Below, piece by piece: positions 55,434 through 64,000 of a stretch of 64,000 nucleotides of DNA (positions within the stretch are counted from its first letter, which is position 1; every line of letters starts with the position of its first letter). Below the pieces are notes generated by a model, which saw nothing but the letters and a program-made list of their open reading frames with translations, was not told the DNA's origin and searched no databases. This DNA is from Eledone cirrhosa (lineage: Eukaryota). The stretch spans positions 18,290,001 through 18,354,000 of the forward strand of contig OZ024761.1 of assembly GCA_964016885.1 (NCBI GenBank), given 5' to 3'. Both the position numbers and the translations under genes were made by a program.

Positions 55434-56094
55434 CTATATATATATATATATACACACATATACATACATATATATACACATATACATACACATATATACA
55501 CATATACATACACACACACACACATACATACAAACATAAATTATCGAGAATCGCATTTCGGCCCACGAAATAACGAAAAACAACCTCCGAGATGTGTGGC
55601 AAGTGCTCATTGGTTCAGATGAACCAGAGCTATAACAAACGTTAAAGGCCAAACACACTGAGACGATGGTTAAACAATCATTCGCATAGCCAAAAAAAAC
55701 GATCAAGTAATTCGGGTATTGAAAATTTACACGCAGGTCATTGAACCCTGTTAAGAATCCAAACCACGTGTTAAGAACTCAACTGGATATGAAAAAATAG
55801 ATATATGTGCGTACTGTTTAAGTATACATATATATATATATATATATATGTATACTTAAACAGTACGCACTTATATTTATTTTTTCATATCCAGTTGAGT
55901 TCTTAACAGGGTTCAATGACCTGCGTGTATATTATTTTATTTTTTTACGATGACCTCCCCTTTCCATTTGGGGATAGTGTGAGATTTTTTTTTTGTGGAA
56001 CTGCTGGACTTTCAAACTAAGCGGCTCTATCTAGCTCTGACGGTGATTATCGCTAAATTTTAATTTGATTATTAATATTGATATTACTTGGGCA

Positions 56095-56218
56095 TCCCAC
56101 TGAAGAGTTATAAGAGCCCACTTGCATGGGAATCCATTGATCTTATGCAAGCGTCTACATAACTAGGACACTTTTCTCCCACTTTGTAGAAATCTTATAA
56201 TGAAACGATCGTATGGGG
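56095..56218 (+). ncRNA. Hammerhead ribozyme with long (~95 nt) stem II region
   Basis: ccca-CTGAAGA-gttataaga...tcttataat-GAAA-cgatcg-TA-tggg; stems I, II and III can all pair. Confidence 0.7.
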
Positions 56219-56439
56219 AATGAGATTTATTTAATTATGTCTCATATAAAATAATACAGCCGATTATCCACACAATACAATATAGTTAGCACCCCAAACG
56301 TATAATTGGGAATATACTTAGGTATTTCCTGATGTTTGTTGAGTAAGTTGGAAATTGGTCGGAGTATCGCTAATGGCTTTCTCTGTTAATGTATTAAGTA
56401 TATATGTATATGTGTGAGTGTGTATATATATATATATGA

Positions 56440-56492
<53 letters not shown>

Positions 56493-56537
56493 ATATAGAT
56501 GAGATTCTACAGGACTAGAATTGTTTCATTCTTTAGA

Positions 56538-56574
56538 AATCTGATGATTTCTAAAGAATGAAACAGTTCTAGTT
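56538..56574 (+). ncRNA. Minimal hammerhead (family B) inside a short palindrome (56515-56573)
   Basis: CTGATGA-tttc-taaa-gaat-GAAA-cagttc-TA-gtt. Confidence 0.55.
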
Positions 56575-56629
56575 ATATATATATAAATATGTATATATAA
56601 ATATATATATGTATATATATATATGTATG

Positions 56630-56661
<32 letters not shown>

Positions 56662-56905
56662 CCCATATACACATACATACTTTCATAAACACATACTACA
56701 TATGTATATACATACACATACATATATATATATGTATATAGTGTATATATATATATATATATATATCCATATCCATTTATTTCAAACAATAAACATGTTG
56801 AATAAAATGAAATTTCAATAATCCCGGCACTGTCAATTCCTGGCCATAAACATTGTTTATTTACAGTTTCATGTATGACATTGTAAATGACATTATAACA
56901 GGACT

Positions 56906-57534
56906 AGGGTTGGTGCTGCCATTAAGGACAACTTGGCAGCCACAGCGGACCTCATTGGGGGTGCATTACTGACCCTTAAAGGATCAGTTTTATATAGGGT
57001 TGGTGCTGCCATTAAGGACAACTTGGCAGCCACAGCGGACCTCATTGGGGGTGCATTACTGACCCTTAAAGGATCAGTTTTATATAGGGTTGGTGCTGCC
57101 ATTAAGGACAACTTGGCAGCCACAGCGGACCTCATTGGGGGTGCATTACTGACCCTTAAAGGATCAGTTTTATATAGGGTTGGTGCTGCCATTAAGGACA
57201 ACTTGGCAGCCACAGCGGACCTCATTGGGGGTGCATTACTGACCCTTAAAGGATCAGTTTTATATAGGGCTGGTGCTGCCATTAAGGACAACTTGGCAGC
57301 CACAGAGGGTACAGCGGACCTCATTGGGGGTGCATTACTGACCCTTAAAGGATCAGTTTTATATAGGGCTGGTGCTGCCATTAAGGACAACTTGGCAGCC
57401 ACAGAGGGTACAGCGGACCTCATTGGGGTGCATTACTGACCCTTAAAGGATCAGTTTTATATAGGGTTGGTGCTACTATTAAGGCCACCCAGAGTACAGC
57501 AAAGTTCAGTGAGGTGCATTACTGACCCTTAAAG
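56906..57534. repeat. 90-bp tandem repeat (~7 copies; late units 99 bp)
   Basis: tggtgctgccattaagg recurs at 56911, 57001, 57091, 57181 and 57271. Confidence 0.92.
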
Positions 57535-57772
57535 ATGGATGGGAAGGAAGGTAGGAAGGCAGATAGGTAAGTAGGTAGGTAACTAGTTAAGTAGATGAGT
57601 AGATAGGTTCATGGGAATATAGGTAGGTAGGTAGTAGTAGTATCACTTTAGTATGTCTTCCACCCTTAACTAATGCTATGTTGACAAATATCCCCCCCCC
57701 CCCCCAACACCACCACCACACAGTACAATATATACCTTGGAACACCTACCCCTTTCTCTTTCTCTCACATAG

Positions 57773-58350
<578 letters not shown>

Positions 58351-58485
58351 GTAGAGGTTATATTTAATTTGTTGGGATACAACAAGCTAAAATATTTTTA
58401 TAACTGATATAAAGCACTCAACAAATTATTGGAGTAAGTATACAATATATTAACAAATGGAAACTATATTTATAAAACCATATTT

Positions 58486-58549
58486 ATTTCATTATACATA
58501 TTTCAAGGGCCACCAAGGCAAATTATGGTGCGCTTTCATCAGATAAAAT
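58486..58549 (-). ncRNA. Hammerhead ribozyme (family A), left arm
   Basis: Reverse complement of attttat-CTGATGA-aagcgcacca...tggtggccctt-GAAA-tatgta-TA-atgaaat. Confidence 0.78.
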
Positions 58550-58587
58550 ACAATCCATTTTATCTGATTGTATTTATCCTGGATTGT

Positions 58588-58651
58588 ATTTTATCTGATG
58601 AAAGCGCACCATAATCTACCTTGGTGGCCCTTGAAATATGTATAATGAAAT
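58588..58651 (+). ncRNA. Hammerhead ribozyme (family A), right arm
   Basis: attttat-CTGATGA-aagcgcaccataatctaccttggtggccctt-GAAA-tatgta-TA-atgaaat. Confidence 0.78.
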
Positions 58652-59239
58652 AAATATGGTTTTATAAATATAGTTTCCATTTGATATCATCATCATCATC
58701 ATCATTTTTACGTCCGCTTTTCCCTGCTTGCAAGGGTGGGACGGGAACTGATTCTGGCTTGATTTCTACAGCTGGATGCCCTTCCTAACACCAACCTCAT
58801 TTACAGTGAGTGCTGGGTGCTTTTTTGCCGTGGCACCTCCACGACCACTTTGCAGTGGTATGATATGGACCCCAGTCCCTATCATCTCATTTCTACAGCT
58901 GAGTAAACTGGAGCAACGTGAAATAAAGTGTCTTGTTCAAGGACACAACACATCACCTGGTCTGAGAATTGAACTCACAACCTTTCGATTGCAAGGCCAA
59001 TGCTCTAACCACTAAGCCATGTGCCTCCATTTGTATATATGTATATATGTATATATGTATATATACAGCCTTCAGTTGTGTCAAAGGTATGGCAATCTCT
59101 CCTGGGCACTCCATGGAATGATGAAATGTGAGACTACATAAGGGAGACACAGATCCCTGGCCTTCAACTGTGGTCGAGGATAAGGTGGAGGTTGTGATGG
59201 TTATTAGGTACAGCCAACGATGGGTGGGGTGTGTTTACA

Positions 59240-60625
59240 GTCAGCTGTGGTGGTGGTGGTGGTGGTGGAGGTGGAGGACAGTGGTGGTGGTGGTGGTGGT
59301 GGAGGTGGAGGACAGTGGTGGAGGTGGAGGACAGTGGTGGTGGAGGTGGAGGACAGTCAGTTGTGGTGGTGGTGGTGGAGGTGGAGGACAGTCAGTTGTG
59401 GTGACAGTGGTGGTGGAGGTGGAGGACAGTCAGCTGTGGTGGTGGTGGTGGAGGTGGAGGACAGTCAGCTGTGGTGGTGGTGGTGGAGGTGGAGGACAGT
59501 CAGCTGTGGTGGTGGAGGTGGAGGACAGTCAGTTGTGGTGGTGGTGGTGGTGGTGGTGGCAGTGTTGGAGGTGGAGGACAGTCAGTTGTGGTGGTGGTGG
59601 TGGTGGCAGTGTTGGAGGTGGAGGACAGTCAGTTGTGGTGGTGGTGGTGGTGGCAGTGTTGGAGGTGGAGGACAGTCAGTTGTGGTGGTGGTGGTGGTGG
59701 CAGTGTTGGAGGTGGAGGACAGTCAGTTGTGGTGGTGGTGGTGGTGGCAGTGTTGGAGGTGGAGGACAGTCAGTTGTGGTGGTGGTGGTGGTGGCAGTGT
59801 TGGAGGTGGAGGACAGTCAGTTGTGGTGGTGGTGGTGGTGGCAGTGTTGGAGGTGGAGGACAGTCAGTTGTGGTGGTGGTGGTGGTGGCAGTGTTGGAGG
59901 TGGAGGACAGTCAGTTGTGGTGACAGTGGTGGTGGTGGTGGTGTTGGAGGTGGAGGACAGTCAGTTGTGGTGGTGGTGGTGGTGGCAGTGTTGGAGGTGG
60001 AGGACAGTCAGTTGTGGTGACAGTGGTGGTGGTGGTGGTGGCGGTGTTGGAGGTGGAGGACAGTCAGTTGTGGTGGTGGTGGTGGTGGCAGTGTTGGAGG
60101 TGGAGGACAGTCAGTTGTGGTGACAGTGGTGGTGGTGGTGGTGGCGGTGTTGGAGGTGGAGGACAGTCAGTTGTGGTGACAGTGGTGGTGGTGGTGGTGG
60201 TGGTGGCAGTGTTGGAGGTGGAGGACAGTCAGTTGTGGTGGTGGTGGTGGTGGCAGTGTTGGAGGTGGAGGACAGTCAGTTGTGGTGGTGGTGGTGGTGG
60301 CAGTGTTGGAGGTGGAGGACAGTCAGTTGTGGTGACAGTGGTGGTGGTGGTGGTGGCGGTGTTGGAGGTGGAGGACAGTCAGTTGTGGTGGTGGTGGTGG
60401 TGGCAGTGTTGGAGGTGGAGGACAGTCAGTTGTGGTGACAGTGGTGGTGGTGGTGGTGGCGGTGTTGGAGGTGGAGGACAGTCAGTTGTGGTGACAGTGG
60501 TGGTGGTGGTGGTGGTGGTGGCAGTGTTGGAGGTGGAGGACAGTCAGTTGTGGTGGTGGTGGTGGTGGCAGTGTTGGAGGTGGAGGACAGTCAGTTGTGG
60601 TGGTGGTGGTGGCAGTGTTGGCGGT
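59240..60625. repeat. ~48-bp minisatellite ggaggtggaggacagtcagttgt(ggt)n gcagtgtt
   Basis: Direct inspection. Confidence 0.9.
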
Positions 60626-61917
60626 GGGGAACTGACAGCTGTGATGGAGGTGGTGGGTGAGAGACAGCTGTCAGTGGTAGAGTTTACAGATCAACATGTC
60701 AGTACGAAGAGGATAGAGAAATACCTAGGTTTGGTTCCTCATTGGAATCACTTTACATCTGGGGCTATGACTTGTGAACACTTCATCGCGGCTGCCCTGG
60801 GGCTAAACAACAACAACAACAACAACAACTGTACAGGAATCAAAGTCGTGGAAGGGATCAGGTTGGAGGGGGAGCGGATTATGGCTTGTGGACACCTTTT
60901 TTTTTATCAGAATTCTGCTTGATCAGGGCTGACCTGGGGCTAAACAACAACTGCAGTTATCATTATTCTAAGTTCACAGGCAACACAAGGGTTACAGGCA
61001 ACAAAATTAACTGCAGTATATTACGGGTACAGCGAGGTATAGGAGTAGACAACTTGATCTGCTAGAAATAGCAGCCAAATCTCTCTTTAAAAAGTCAACA
61101 ACATCAAGATGTTGAGCGGATGGCATAACCCTCTATATGGTAACATTGATCTGCGATGGCATGATCCTCTACATGGTCACATTGATGTGCTAGAAATAGC
61201 AGCCTTTGCAAAACACCTACACATATACATACATGCACTTACACATACACATAGATATATATACACACACAAGTTTACACATACAGACATTTAGAGACGC
61301 ACATATATACACACATGAACCCTAACATACATACACACCCATATACATACATTCACACACATATATATATATCATCATCATCATCATCATCAACGTTTAA
61401 CGTCCGTGTTCCACGCTTGCATGGGTTTGGACGGGGGTATTCCCACTTGAGGCAAGAGTGAGTGTCTTGCTCGCATAGGACTGTCTGGCTGGTTTTCTAC
61501 GGCTGGATGCCCTTCCTAACACCAACCACATTTACAGTGTGGGTCTGGGAGGTTTTTACCGTGTTGCCTACACGGCCACATTACAGCGTGGACTGTGTGT
61601 TTTTTTGTCGTGACACCTACACGATCTCATTTGTTTCGGCCTGGATGGCGCGGCACCAACATAACTTTACATAAGAGGGGGTGGTGTGGATGGGGGTGTG
61701 GGTGGTGGGACGGGGGTGTATTTTGTTAGAGATGCCTACTGGCTGTAGTAGGTTTTACTATGTATTTAGGTAAGGCGGGTCTTCTCTATTACTGAGTACC
61801 GACAAAGGTCTCGGAAAACAGAAATTTATGACGGAGAATCAAAGGCACTTATCAACATTTTTTTATTTCTTAGAAGTTGAATATACATACATACATACAT
61901 ACATACATACATACATA

Positions 61918-61956
<39 letters not shown>

Positions 61957-62050
61957 TTATACGTACACATACACAATATACCAAAGGATTCTTAACTCTG
62001 GAGTGAGGGACAGAGATTGTACAGGGAATGTTATGTGTATGTATGTATAT

Positions 62051-62103
<53 letters not shown>

Positions 62104-62350
62104 ATAAGGAAAAGCGAAGTAGTTTCAGATGTTCAAGTCCTTTAATAATAATTGTTTCTACTTTAGGCACAAGGCCAGCAATTACCCAGTACATTACTGG
62201 TACTTTATTTTATCGACCCCCGTAAGGATGAAAAGCAAAGTTAACCTCGGCAGGATTTGAACTCAGACTGTAAAGGGACGTAACTATGCTAGAAAGCATG
62301 GCGTCCGACCCTCTACCGATACTGCCAATCCAAAGTCCTTTAATAATAAT

Positions 62351-62424
62351 GCTGTGATATATATTTCAATGGCGACAGTGGCCACACTGTTCCATGCGCC
62401 AGTGCCGCGACATCGTCAGACAGC
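62351..62424 (-). ncRNA. Hammerhead ribozyme, left arm of ~1.06-kb inverted repeat
   Basis: Reverse complement of gctgt-CTGACGA...GAAA-tatata-TC-acagc; perfect 5-bp stem I. Confidence 0.75.
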
Positions 62425-62830
62425 TTGTTACATAATAAGGTTATGTTTCCGAGGCAATCCAAATTGGTTGATGGTCAATTATACTGTCCATGCTTAATGT
62501 GGGGTAGTATTGAGACCTATTGATACTCACACTCTTCCAACCCCACTGGCTTTCGGCTGACTGCCACTGGCGGGGTGGCTAGTAGTAAGCTATATATAAC
62601 AGGCCTGAATAGGTCATTGTTTGGTTGAGAGGGGGAACTGCCTAGGCGAATTTTGTTGAACTCTGCGGTAGCTGATGGTCAACTTCCTTCGGACCTGCGC
62701 CTGCGAGACCGGTGGGGGTGAATTGGTACTCACAAGGGAACGGATGAAGAACCCAAAAGTACACACTTCGTCTGTTCCCATGTTGATTCAATTTGGATTG
62801 CCTCGGAAACATAACCTTTTTATGTAACAA

Positions 62831-62904
62831 GCTGTCTGACGATGTCACGGCACTGGCGCATGGAACAGTGTGGCCACTGTCGCCATTGAAATATATATCA
62901 CACC
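62831..62904 (+). ncRNA. Hammerhead ribozyme, right arm
   Basis: gctgt-CTGACGA-tgtcacggcactggcgcatggaacagtgtggccactgtcgccatt-GAAA-tatata-TC-acacc. Confidence 0.72.
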
Positions 62905-63231
62905 ATTATTATTAAAGGAGGGCGGTGAATTGGTAGTATCGGTAGAGGGTCGGACGCCATGCTTTCCAACATAGTTACGTCCCTTTACGATCTGAGTTCA
63001 AATCCTGCCGAGGTTGACTTTGCCTTTCATCCTTACGGGGTCAATAAAATAAAGTACCAGTAATGCACTGGGTAATTGCTGGCCTTGTTCCTAAAGTAGA
63101 AACAATTATTATTAAAGGACTTGAACTTCTGAAACTACTTCGCTTTTCCTTATTCGATATTTACTCCGTCACTCCTCTGCGGAATAAGTACGTTGAGTGC
63201 TTGAATTGAATTGCATCAATATTTACCTTAA

Positions 63232-63274
<43 letters not shown>

Positions 63275-64000
63275 AAAATAGAACGGGAACAAATCAGAGA
63301 GGCAGTACGAACAAAGGTTTATTAGTTTCACGCTCTTGAGAGTGGGGTGGTGGTGGGGAACGACGTTTATATATACACACACACACACACAATACATACA
63401 TGTGGATATATGTTGATGTCTATAATACACAGACCATAAAGATCTAAATCGGGGCGAAATATAACGAAAATAGCAACAATTAACATATTGTACAACTCAC
63501 ATCAGCCATAAACCACACCTCATATAACTACCATTGACTGGAGTGTCACACCTGGAAGTAACTAGGAAAGAAAAACAAAATTCTTAAAATAGCAACAATT
63601 CTAACCACTCCCGGTCTCACATTGTACACCTTAGACTATTTTCTTATAACAATTATCTCCCTTGGCTTGGCAGAATAACATTAAGACAAACTAGAGTTAT
63701 TTCCCTTGCTCAACTAATTCAGCGAGCAAAAAAAATTTGTGGTGATCTGAGTCGGAGAGACACTAGGTCCTTTAATAAGGACTTAATATCACTGTTAAGG
63801 CACGTGGCTTGGTGGTTAATGGGTTAATGTGTTCGCTTCATGATCGTAAGGGGGTCAGTTTGATTCCCGGCAGCACGTTGTGTCTGAGTCCTTGAGCAAC
63901 TCAACTGGTAAAAAAGGGAAAAGGAGCTGTACTTTGTCACACAAAGGTCACGCTAGCTCTCCCTAAGAACTACGTGTAAAGGTAGGGTGTATGTGTTTAA

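Larger units (their letters stand above)
62097..63231. mobile_element. Fold-back PLE-like element with a SINE in each arm, flanked by (TA)n
   Basis: Arms ~62097-62466 and ~62790-63160 are reverse complements; unique spacer contains ctatatataa; right arm continues to (TA)n at 63232. Confidence 0.75.

Noticed and set aside
56906-57534. CRISPR-like array (also 37190-38245)
   Set aside because: Whole units repeat with no unique spacers; eukaryotic context and no cas genes

Overview
AT-rich eukaryotic DNA dense in (TA)n, (CA)n, (GA)n and (TGA)n microsatellites. The repeat landscape resembles a coleoid cephalopod (octopus-like) genome; this is an inference, not verified. Only one confident protein gene is present: an intronless farnesyl diphosphate synthase ORF (52129-53169, +) with a plausible promoter and 5'UTR intron. 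There is also a possible first coding exon of a minus-strand gene (3096-3365). The rest is mostly mobile-element debris: RTE, CR1, L1/Tx1 and CRE-type LINE fragments, two tRNA-headed SINE families, and piggyBac- and Tc1/mariner-type MITEs. The most striking unannotated signal is a set of short non-coding elements carrying minimal type I hammerhead ribozyme cores (CTGANGA...GAAA-short, usually palindromic stem III-TH). I read about 11 near-intact cores belonging to at least six sequence families. They sit in (TA)n tracts, often occur as fold-back inverted repeats with one hammerhead per strand, and most share a subterminal TTGAGTRC-like motif. They resemble Penelope-like (Neptune-type) pLTRs or retrozymes. 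Coordinates were read by eye and may be off by a few bases.
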